This document shows, in pieces, positions 50,681-61,910 of a DNA stretch of 64,000 bases (position 1 is its first letter; each line of letters begins with the position of its first letter). Source of the DNA: Vicugna vicugna (Eukaryota). Location: NCBI GenBank assembly GCA_013265495.1, contig MU060767.1:13395958-13459957 (forward strand), written 5' to 3'. Made by a program: the position numbers and the translations under genes. Under the pieces are notes generated by a model. That model was not told the origin of the DNA. It saw only the letters and a list, made by a program, of their open reading frames with translations, and made no database searches.

Positions 50681-51128
50681 TTTGGCTGGTTTATCTTTGT
50701 ACGTGCACCCCAGAGTCCTGACTGTCACACCCCCTGGTATGCCGAGGCCAACATCAGGCTTACCTCCTCCGGGCAGACCCCTCCCATTACCGTGGCCCAC
50801 ACAGTTTCTCTGGCAACTGACTCCCCTCCTTTCTTCCTGTCTGGGCCATGCACTTGGCACATGCATAAGTCCACATGCTGCACTACGTTTCCTGTGGGGG
50901 GAGGCGCCAAATGTGTTGTGGTCACATGCTGGACACTAGAGGCCATCTGGTGGGCTTCTGGAGACAGTCCTGCAAAAAGTTTAGGGAGGCTGTTCACCGA
51001 CACGGTGTCCAGCAGAGCCCTGCACGGTTGAGTGGGTGGAGGACAGTCTTCATTGTGTGCCACCGTCACAAACCATTGTGCCCGGCCCCTAGCCACTAGT
51101 GCCTATTGTGCCCTGGTTAGTACCACTG

Positions 51129-53913
51129 ACAAAAACACCTCATGAATGTCCAAAATGCCCCTGAGGGGGGGCCTCTTCTACTGAGAGTCACTTGTAGGGA
51201 GCCATCTGCCAGCCCACGGCCAGGGAAGCAGGCCCTGGCCCCTCTTCCCACCACTGCCCCCAGAGCCGTGAGCCCAGCTGCAGAGGGAGGGGCGCTCCAT
51301 GTGTGTGGGAGGGAACACAGCCACTGCCTTTCCCAGGTGCACGGGCCCAGGGGACACAAGCCTGCAGTTAAGAAGAGCCCAGAACGCCCACCCCACCCCG
51401 GCCACCGTTCTCCACCTGCTGGGGCTGCTCGTGCTTTAATGTCCAGTTCCCATGCCACCCCATCCCCCATGGGTCACTCCTTTTCTGATGGTTCCCTGTG
51501 GTCACTCCTGCCTTGGGTTTCCTGTCCTGCTCCAGACAGCCTTCTAGGGGCTCAGGCACCACCTAGAACCGGGCTCCCAGCTTGAGTAGGGCCTTACTCT
51601 CTCTGAGGCTTGGGGTCCTCCCCTGAGAAATGGGCTGACAGTATCGTCATTTTCTTCACAGGACTGTCATGCAGCAGACAGAGCACAGGGGCGGCCTGAG
51701 GAGTGGGCTGTGCTGCTGCCCTGCCTCTTCAGCTGCCTGGGGACCAGGAAGAGATGAGGAGGCCCACCTGCCCGGCCTCGGGGTGGCGGGGGGGGTCACG
51801 GGAAGGGGGGAGGCATTTAAGGGCAGAGCTGGGACTATGCATTTCTGAGTGTGAACTGCAGGCAAGATGCCATTCTTACAGTTTAGGATCAGGAGAGGCT
51901 ATGACCCTCAGGGACACCTGCATGATTCTTTTCGCCACATCAATGATTCAGAACCAGCATTAACATTTCTTTTCAACGTAGCCACTACAACCTTTCTGGT
52001 TAAATATCTTAATGTTGACATATGAACGTTGATGTGTAAATGGCCTGAAGCTGCTCTAGGTTGAGGTGAGATACTTTTGGAAAACCCCATGATTCTGGAG
52101 AACCCTCTATGGAAACCATATCCTTGAGAATCTGGAGAAAGGGGTGGGCAGGGAGAGGAAGGACATGGAGAATGGGTGGGGTGGGGAGCTCGGCCCAGAT
52201 TGCCTCCCAGAAGTGGACTGCCCTGGGCCATTGCTTGGGAGCAGGGTTCCCAGGGTGGTGACAGGGACAGCTGCCCCCCTGAACTGGCAGTACCCAGGGC
52301 TCCCTCACTGTGGCACACAGGCCAGGGCCTCCTGCCCCGAGGACATGTGCTGCTGCTGCTGGCATCCGGGGGGGAGGGGCTCTACTTCTAGAAAATTATC
52401 TCCAGTCAGTCATCTGGTCCTTGGAGCTAGAATCCATACTGTGAGGAGGGATGTGGGCTCCCAGGGCCTAGCCATGGCCCTGCATGCCTGCCTGCCCAGA
52501 TGCCCACCTGCTGGGCCGCAGACAGCCCCCTGCACTAGCTTCTCATGCTTAGCATCTCCTGCTCACCCATCTAGGAGACGCGGCTGGTGCCTGCCTACCC
52601 TGAGCCACGTAGGGGGTGATGGTGGGGTGAGTGGTGACCAATGGAAGCTGGCATCAGCCTGGCTGAGCCACTGGTGATGAACAACACACATTTCTGTTCA
52701 CATGCCAGACACTGCAGGAACTCTCAAGTGCCCCGGTATCCTAATTAACCAAAACTGGGACGGCCAACTGCACGGGAAACACCTCACAACTCTTCCTTGC
52801 TCTTCTGGACAATGTGGACTTTTCAATAAACAATCAGCAGCAAAGGGGCTTGAGCCAAAATATGAGAAAGAGCCTTTTCCACCTGAGAGGTGAGATGCAA
52901 AGGATCTGGTGGGGAAGTGTATAGGAATTTTCAGTCAGGGGGCCCAGGTTCAAATCCTGGGACAGACCACTGAACCTCTCTAGGCCTCTGCTGTCTTACT
53001 AGTTCCCGCCTCACAGAGTTGTTTGTGTAGATGAAAGAGGCTAAATCAATGTGACACAGCTTTGCAACATAAAGAGCTCTGCAAATGCTAGTTATTATAA
53101 GCAAAGATGAGGTCCCTGAGACACAAACAACAAGCTGACATAAAATGAGCCTGCTTTGTACAAGACTTCTCAGGCAAGCATGATAATCTTGATAACAATA
53201 ATCATAGTAATTATAATAATAACCCCTTCTGTTTGAGGAGCTGCTTTGGATCTTTCAGAGTTTTCCTCCTTCTCTAATCTTTTAGGCCAAGTGAAGTGTT
53301 AGTCTGTGCCTGTACACACAGCCCACCCCAGTTCTCTAGTTGCCGGAAGTCTCCATCCTGCCCCGCCCTGCCCCGCCCTGTGCACTGCAGTTGCCCCAGC
53401 TCCCACCAGGGGGCAGGAGTGCACAGGCCAACGGGAGAGGGAGAGCCAGCGGGACAAGCCCAGCCCACAAGACCAAGCAGGGCAGGGTCAGGCCCAGTGG
53501 GCATAGCTGCCTTTCATGGGTTGCGGACCCTGTTCCTCAAGGGAAAGGGGCAGAGAGACCCCCGTGGCTGGAGGCCCAGCCTGGGTACTGCAATTTCAGC
53601 AGATGGAGAATGGCAGGGGGCACATTCTGGCACTTCCTAACTGCAGACCCATGCCCGCTCCTGCCCGCCCCCCCTCCGTGCACCTGGGGAAAGGCAGTGG
53701 TTGTGTTCCCTCCCACACACTGGGGGCGCCCCTCCCTTCCTCTCTGCAGCTGGGCCTCACAGCGCTGGGGGCAGTGGTGGGAAGAGGGGCCCACTCCCCC
53801 AGCCCTTGGGCAGGGGCCGGCCTCCCTGGCCCTGGGCTGGCAGATAGCTGCCTACGTGTGTCTCCCCCCTGCCCCCCTCAGGGGCATTTTGGACATTCAT
53901 GAGGCGCTTTTGT
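51129..53913. repeat. Inverted repeat: arms ~51129-51421 and ~53597-53913
   Basis: Manual alignment, including a 33-nt perfect block (51138-51170 vs 53872-53904). Confidence 0.93.
52935..53100 (+). mobile_element. MIR fragment
   Basis: GGTTCAAATCCTGG...CTCACAGAGTTGTT...AGCTCTGCAAATGCTAGTTATTAT. Confidence 0.65.
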
Positions 53914-56737
53914 TACTTGGGGTGCTGCAGGCACTCAGCGGCTGAGGGCTGGGCATGCTTTCTCCACTGGGACTTAGGAGTCTTAGCAAGGCTGTGCTCA
54001 GAGCCTGCTGTCAGTCAGTCTCCAGGGACAGCTGAGGGACCTCAGAGGTCTACTATTTGCCTTAGCCATGGGAATCTTCTTGGCAACCCAGAAAGATCCT
54101 ATGGCAGAACCAAGGATTTGGTGCTGTTTCCAATCTGGCCTCCTTTCAAATGTGCCTGCCCATCCCTTCTCCAGCCATCCATCTACATTATCCCACATCG
54201 TGTGTCCACCCCCGTGGACACCCACCCACCCACCTTCTACCTTCCACCGCATCTGTCCATCCCTTCATTATTCATTTGTGCACCCTTTCCTTTCACTCTT
54301 TTATCCGTGTAGCCACCCACCCATTCATCCACCGGTTTACTCACTTATCCACTGTACGCCTACTACTGAGTGGGGTCTCAGCCTTAAGAATTTTCACATT
54401 TGGCAGCAAGAGAAATATTTAGGCATAACAAGAGAGTGCCTGCATTTCCCCAGCCCATTAGCTGGTGCCCCAAACACCTCAGGGGAGAAGTGTCCCCTTG
54501 ATGTTCCCCCACTCTGCCCCACGGTACCATCTTTGTCAGGAGCCTGGCCTTGTAAAGGAAGATTCTCCTAAGAACTCCAGCTGGGTTCAGAGGACTCCTC
54601 AGGGATTTTTTTGCCCTAAGCCCTTCTGAGGACCTTCTGTTTTGGGCCTAGGCTGTCTCCTGAGAAGCTGGAGAAGGCTTGGGTTCTCTGAAGAACCCAT
54701 TTCTGAAGGATCACACCGCTTTAAGCCTCAAAACCCTTGGATCTGCCAATTATTTAGAAGCAGACTTTTCTGCTGGCTTACTATGTATCTTCAAGAAGCA
54801 GGGTTGTAGGGGTGACTGTGGTCTGGGTTCCAGGGGTCACTGCTTCTAGTCTCAACACCTAAGTTTCCACTCAGAAACCATCTGTCAGCCCCTGCAACTG
54901 GTGTGGTTTCCCACCTGCATCCCCAGCCCAAGCTCAGCAGAAGGCGCCAGCACTAAACCAGTCACGGTTCGCTCACCAGGCTGGGGGCCGGGGACGTGGC
55001 AGCCAGCAGGATCTGGAAACCCATCCAAGCCTGCAGTACAGTGGGGGTGTCAGACACGTCAACCAAGCTGTGGAGTCAGGGAAGGCCCCTCCAAGGAGGC
55101 AGCCACTGAGCAAGGGCTGCACCTCAAGGAGAAGCCGGTATGTGGGTGGGAGACGCAAGAAGATTACATCTGGGAGACTGGTCGCCATGGGTCAGCTGTG
55201 CCTGCGAGGCAGGCACAGTCCAGAGACCAGTCCTCCCTGAGGAGGGAAGCAAAGGGAAGCTGAGGGCCTTGCCAGGAAGCTGTGGGTGCTGGAGAGCATC
55301 AGACGCCCCTCTAGCCATCAGCAGGGCCTTAGGACAACGGTGAGCTTGGAAACCCATGCAGCTCACAGACATTAAAGCAAGGACCGCACCCAGCCGGCGC
55401 AGATGGTCCAGGAGCACTCATACAGACTGCATCCAGGGTGAAGTGTGTGCTCCCAGGGGGGAGGGCTGGAGGTGGGCTGGGCCCCCTGTGGAGCCTCACA
55501 GGGCAGATGCTAACACCTTCACATTCTCGGGCTCCCGGCCCTCCCCAGGGTGCTGGGCTTTCTGCCCTAGCTTTGCTGTTCTCAGGTGAAGCCGCCCTGT
55601 GTGTCTCCTAACACCACCCAGGCATGGTGTCTAGGGCTGGGGCAGGCAGGGGGACTAGTAGGTCCAGGGCAGGGATCAGCGCCCAGCTTCTGCACAGGGA
55701 AACACCAAGGCTAGTGTAGAATGGGGCGAGTGAGGGCCTACAGAGGGGTGTACTAGGTGGGTGACTGGCAGAGATGGGGGATGCAGGGTGGTGGCTGTCC
55801 TGGGCCTGGGGGCAGTGGTGCATTTATGTCACCATGGCTTCTGTTCACCTCAGATCCCTGAGGATGGACTTGGGACGCAAGATTGTCCAAAACCCCAATC
55901 ACCATCCACTTTAGGACAGCCTTCTGTGGTGTCACTACCTCCTGGTGTCCTTCTCCCCTCAGTGGGTCCAGACCTGCCAGTCTCTACCTCCTGGGCATTG
56001 CTCCTGGACAGGGGTGAGGGGGACAGCCAAACCACCAAGCAGGCACCATTCAGTCCAAAACAAACTTTAAGGTGAGTGGGATAGAAATTTCCAAATCCTT
56101 ACCCTCTGCCTCCTTTCTCCCGAGCTCAATGTTCTAAGATAGGAGAAGAGAACTAAAATTGGATAGGCTAAATTTCTAAGAAATGAACAAGGGCAGAATG
56201 AAATTACCCACACAGAGCTCAGTCAAAGGGAAAGAAAAGTGATAATGGCCAACCTCGTCTCTTCAGAACACAAAGTGATGATGGTGAATAGTTTAATTAG
56301 AGCCGCCTCGGCTGGGAGGTATTTGCGACACAATTATGGAAGAGAAAAGATGGAAGCTGGAACAGCACACATGTGGTGGGAGTGATGGGGGTGGGGTGGG
56401 CAGGCGGGCCCTGGATACGACAGGTTTGGTTGATTACTGCCTCTTCCTCAGCTTATTCACTGACACCCTGTCCTGTCTTCTTGTCCCCTCACTGGAGACA
56501 TCGGTTCCTCCACCACCCATTACAACGATCAGATGATGTTTTTGTTTCAAAGGGAGCAGGTCACCTGCTTCCAGGACCTCAGGGAAAACGGCCTGGGGCA
56601 GTGCACCAGGTGTGAGAAGACCTGGCTGCAGTCCACGCTCTGCCTCTTTCTGACCCTGGGACCCTGGGACCCTGGGCAAGTTTCATCTGCTCTCAGCGTC
56701 CTTGTCCTCAAAGGCACAAAGAAGGGGGTGGCTAGAT

Positions 56738-59451
56738 TAGTGGTTCTCAAAAGGTGATCTGCCTACCCCCGGGGTCTCTCAGGGGTCCACAAGATCAAAA
56801 CTGTTTTCATAATGCCATTAAGATGTTCCTGGCCTCTCTGGCAGTGCTAATGCCGGCACCGCTGATGCAAAAGGATCGGGAGGCAGAAGGGCAGCCCCTC
56901 GGCAGGGAGCCGCGACACCGAACTGCACTAGTTGTCGTTCTATCCTGTCACCCTGCAGTCACAGGAAAACCAATGCCAGTTCTACTTAGGCATGTGTTTG
57001 ATGAAGTAGTAAAAATTGTGAAATTTAAATAATCTCTACCCTGAGCGCGTGTCTTTTTCATACTCTGTGCAATGAAACGGGAAGTGTGCATAAAGCACTC
57101 CTGGGGCAGACGGCGGATGACGGTCGTCCAGAGGGAAGGCACATGTGAGCCTGCGCTGCCAGCCGAATAGTCCCTTTTCTGACGGGACACCACTTTCACT
57201 TGAGAGAATGCCTGCCAGCCAGACAATGATAACTCAGACTTGGTCTTGGGAAGGCATTTTCTAAAAATAAACCAAGTGAGCCTATCCCTTCAAGGAAAAC
57301 AACTAACAAATTTGTTACCAAAAATGAAAAAAATTCCCAGCTTTCAAGAGAAAAAGCAGAATTTTGGAAAACTTGTATTTAGCACCATAAGGTTGACAGC
57401 TTCCCAAAACCTAAAGACTTTTCTGATAAGACAGATGTTGATGTAACAAATTTGAGTTTTTATATTCTCCACTGAAATGCGTCAGTTTGGAAGATCTGCA
57501 TAGCTCTGAATTAACATTATCCAAGTGACCAAATGACATTAAAAATCATGCATGGTTGAAACATTCAAAGTGCAAAGTAGACCAGTGGATTTTTTTTTTT
57601 AAAGACTTAATGGAGAGGAAGGTACAGAGATTTCCCACATAACCTCTGATCCATGCCCCAAAGTCTATGTTTAACCTTAGGGTTCACTCCTGGTATTGCA
57701 CATTCTATGGGTGTAAACAAGTGTATAATGACATGTGTCCATTATCACGGTATCATACAGAGCATTTTCACTGTCCTAAAAATCCTCTGTGCTCCATCTA
57801 TTCATGCCTCCCTCCCACAAGCCTTGGCAGCCCCTGAACTTTTTACTGCCTCCGTAGCTTTACCTTTTCCAGAATGCCATATAATTGGAATCGTACAGTA
57901 TGTAGCCTTTTCAGATTGGCTTCTTTCACTTACTAATATGCACTGAAAGTTCCTCCAAGTCTTTCTGTGGCTTAATCGCTCATTTCTTTTTAACGCTGAC
58001 TAATAGTCCATGGTCCGGGCATACCCGTCTCTTTATCCATTTACCTACAGAAGGACATTTGGTTGCTTCCAAGTTTTGGCAATTATGAATAAAGCAGCTA
58101 TAAACACCTGTGTGTAGGTTTTTGTGAGGACATANNNNNNNNNNNNNNNNNNNNNNNNNNNNNNNNNNNNNNNNNNNNNNNNNNNNNNNNNNNNNNNNNN
58201 NNNNNNNNNNNNNNNNNNNNNNNNNNNNNNNNNNNNNNNNNNNNNNNNNNNNNNNNNNNNNNNNNNNNNNNNNNNNNNNNNNTTGTATCACATCCCCACC
58301 AGCAGCTGGTGTTGTAACTGTTCCAGGTTTGGCCATACTCATAAGCATGTAGTGGTATCTCCTCATTGTTTGATTTTTGCATTTCCCTGATGACATATGA
58401 TGTAGAGCATGTCTTCATATGCTTATTCACTACCTGTGTATCTTCTTTGGTGAGGTGTCTGTTAAGATATTTGGCCCTTTTTTTTTAACAAGACTGCTTA
58501 TATTCTTATTGTTGAACTGTAACAGTTCTTTGTATATTTTGGATAATAGTTCTTTTTTGAATATGTTTTTTACAAATATTTTGTCCCAGTCCAAGGCTTC
58601 TTATTCTCTTGACAGTGTCTTTCACAGCACAGTTTTTAATTTTTATGAAGTCCAGTCTATCGATTATTTCTTTCATGGACTCCACCTTTGGTATTGTATC
58701 TAAAGAGTCATCATCACACCCAAGGTCAACTAGATTTCCTCCTATGTCATCTTCAAGGAGTTTTATATTTTTACATTTTAGATTTAGTTCCATGATCCAT
58801 TTTGAGTTAATTTTTGTTAAAAGTATAAGGTCTGTGTCTAGATTCATTTTTTGGCATGTGGACGTCCAGTTGTTTCAGCAACATTTGTTGAAGAGACCAG
58901 TGGAATTTAAGATTACAGAACAGGAAATGATCACTGATAGTTTCAGATTCTATCCTTTAAGAAACTACCACTTGTCCAGTTTTGGTGAGTTTCAAAAAAG
59001 AACTATCTGAAAGGGCTAATAAAATGCTCCTTCCCTTTCCAACTATACGCTTGTGTGGGGACAAGTTTATTCATATTCTTCAGCCAAACAACACATCACA
59101 ACAAACTGAACGCAGAAGCACATGTGAGAATGGAGCTGTTTTCCATTAGGTCAGACATTAAAGAGATGCATAAAAATGTAAAACAATGACATTTACTTAC
59201 TGGACTATTTTTAGAATATACAGTAATTTTCATTAAAATGTTACTTACATTAATAGTAATGGGTTTATTATAGTTACTTTTAAATGAATAAATGTTTAAA
59301 AGCTTTTTTGTTTTTTATTTCTAATGCAATAAAAATGGATAGATGTAACCTACATAAACAAAATGTTTATTGGGGTTCTCAATAATTTTTAAAAAATTAC
59401 TATAAAGTGTACTGTAAAAGGTTCTCACACCAAAAAGTTTGAAAACCACTA
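56738..59451 (+). mobile_element. Charlie1a-like hAT DNA transposon, near full length, split by an L1 insertion (halves 56738-57589 and 58894-59451)
   Basis: TIRs TAGTGGTTCTCAAA (56738-56751) and TTTGAAAACCACTA (59438-59451, 1 mismatch). Decayed transposase fragments (e.g. FLKINQVSLSLQGKQLT). Degenerate 8-bp TSD GGCTAGAT/GACCAGGT. Confidence 0.85.
57590..58893 (-). mobile_element. 5'-truncated L1 (L1MB/L1MC-type) nested in the hAT element
   Basis: Poly-T at 57590-57600; ORF2 C-terminal remnant (TKINSKWIMELNLKCKNIKLLE, 58506-58847); exact 11-bp TSD AGACCAGTGGA at 57579-57589 and 58894-58904. Confidence 0.9.
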
Positions 59452-60254
59452 GACCAGGTCATTCTTTCCCAAACATTATCCCCTAAACATCTTCATAACT
59501 TCTGCCCGAGTCCTGTTCCACCTGACACCTAACACTTACTACTTTTCTTAGACACATCTTTCTGCTTTATAAACTTCATATCCTTATGGTAAATGGAAAA
59601 CCTGCATGAAGCATTTTAAATAGAAGACACCCGTAAGATTAATGACAAGGAAAGCCGAACATTAAATTCCAGCAGGACCCTGCCGCTTGCCTCTCTGTTA
59701 ACAAGGGGGACGGTGCAGGGGTGTTGAGGTCCTCTTGAGGTTCTCAGGCTAAAGGAGAGGAAGGAATCCCTTTCTGACTTGGTGAACCCACATCAGAAAA
59801 CACAACCATCTCCCCTCACATATGGCAACACCGTTCCCCACCTGGCGGGGGCCCCCAGCCAGCACACCTGAGGGCCACCAATGAGGCCTCCGCCTGCTGA
59901 GATGTGACTGATTCACAGCAGACCTCCTCTTGGGCTGAGAGCGGGGCTTTCGGCTACAGTTCAACACTCTCAGGTAGAAAATCAGGAGTTAACAAATTTT
60001 TGCCAAAGGCTAGTAGTGGTGGAAGGCTGCCGGGGCTGGGGTAGAGGAGGGACCTCTGAGGTCAGGGGCCACAGCAGGCCAAGCCAACCAGCCCAGAGGA
60101 CCAGCAAGCCTAGGGCTGTGGCCTCCCCAGTGTCCACTGTGAGCCTTGGAGCTGACAACTTAGTCTCACACAGGTAAAGACACACACACAGAGACACACA
60201 CATGCACAGGCACAGACATACTCGCCCGGAGCTCCGGTGGTCAACGAAGGGCTC

Positions 60255-60450
60255 TAAGAGATAATTACAGCAGCCTAGTATTTAGTGAGCACTTCCCAAG
60301 GGCTTTGCTTCATTTAATGTTTGCAAGTATTATCATTTCCCCCCCTTTATAATTGGAGAAACCAAAGCTCAGATGTGTTATGAGACTGGCCCAAGGTCAC
60401 TCAGCTAGTGAGGGGCAGAGCAGGGACGTGAACTCCAGCTGTCTGCCTCC
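60255..60450 (-). mobile_element. MIR
   Basis: TATTTAGTGAGCACTT...GCCCAAGGTCACTCAGCTAGTGAG. Confidence 0.7.
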
Positions 60451-61599
60451 AGGGCTCACATTCTGTGGTCACCAAGCCACACTGCCTCCTCCCAGCTGCT
60501 GGATGGCAAGCCCGGGGTCAGCACCTGGCCCGGAGCCCTGCTTTTGCCGTCTCCTTGAGGGCAGGGTCTGGGAAAGCTGGCACGTGGACGCGCTCTTGCT
60601 GCTATCACCTGCGCTCCTCGGCCCTGCTACTAAGGGGATGGAGCTCCCAGGAGCCTGGCTGGTGCCCACCCTGGGGAACCAGTGTTAGTCATCGATGCTG
60701 GCAGTGTTTACACGAAGCAGGTGGGATGGCGACAGGTGTAAAAAACAAGGGTGACAAATACTCCTGTCAAGCAAAACATGGGCCAGGCAGAGAGGTCCTG
60801 ATGGGCTGCCCTAGGCAGGCAGGATGGGGAGGGCACAGTGGGGCCAGGCTGGGTGCCAGCTCCTCCACTCCCAGCACCTGGCTGCAAGAGAAACACAGGG
60901 TTGGGGGCAGGTTGGGACTGAGTGAAGCCTCTGGGGACCTGTCTATCCTGTTGTGTCAGCAGGGCAGGATGAGGGAGAGCTGTGCCCCCACTGCCACAGG
61001 GTCCACATCCAGCTCAGGGCCGGGTGGAGAAGAGCTGCTCCAGCCTGGGGGCGACCACCTTGGCAGCTTTCTCTAAGGCCTAGGATCGGGGTGCATGGCC
61101 TCTCCTCCCCACTTAGCCCCTGCCATCCTCATCTCCCCGACACTGATGCTGGGTGACACGCTGCCAACACGGCATCAGGACAAGGCCCCAGCTGCACAGA
61201 CCTGGGTGTGGGAGGGTGGTCAGGTGCCCATTGGGCAGGCCTGAGGTCTCAGCTCTGCCCTATGCTGCGGCATTGCTGCACAGGGCTCACTGAGTGACGG
61301 GGCAGCCATGGAGGCCCCACTTAGGTGTGGCTCGGCTCGGGCTGGCCCTCACTCTCTGAAACAGCAGCGCCACAAACGAGGCCACCTGGAGCCACCTGGA
61401 GCCACCTGGGCTCAGGTTCCTCTTCACTCCAAGGCATGCTGGCTTTCCTCTGTCCCTCTCTCCCCTCTCATACTTCTCCACATCCTGCTCCCCAAGCCCT
61501 GTTCAGTGTAGAAGCCAGTCCACACAGCACCTTTGCTGGAGTTAGAAAAAGGGAGTTTTTCCTGGGCTGTCTAGCTCAGTGAGGGCTGTATTTTGCCTA

Positions 61600-61910
61600 C
61601 TCGTGGCCCCTGGGTTAGGGACTCTCCTGCAGGCCACCACCTGCCATGTGACTGGGCTGGAGTCCATGGAGTGTGGATGTCCTGAGTCCAGGCCCTTCAG
61701 AAGTAAGTGTGCCCCTGAACGCAGAGGATGACAAAGTCCAGGGGGCAGGGGGGTGACAACATAAGATGGAAGGAGCATGTCTTGCATCACAGTGTGGAGG
61801 AGAGTCACCCAGCCACCCAGGGCACCTGCTGAGACTATTAGATGAGCAAGAAATAACCCTCTGTCGCATTTGAACCATGAAACATTTGGGGCCTATTTGT
61901 TGTAGCAGTG
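61600..61910. mobile_element. MLT1 LTR fragment (MLT1H/J-like)
   Basis: AAGATGGAAGGAGC...GAGCAAGAAATAAC...TTTGTTGTAGCAG motifs. Confidence 0.6.

Noticed and set aside
56754-57446. Transposase-like ORF fragments as a possible domesticated gene
   Set aside because: Frameshifted, containing stops, and interrupted by an L1; a decayed Charlie element.
58506-58847. 113-aa ORF
   Set aside because: Remnant of L1 ORF2 in a 5'-truncated copy.
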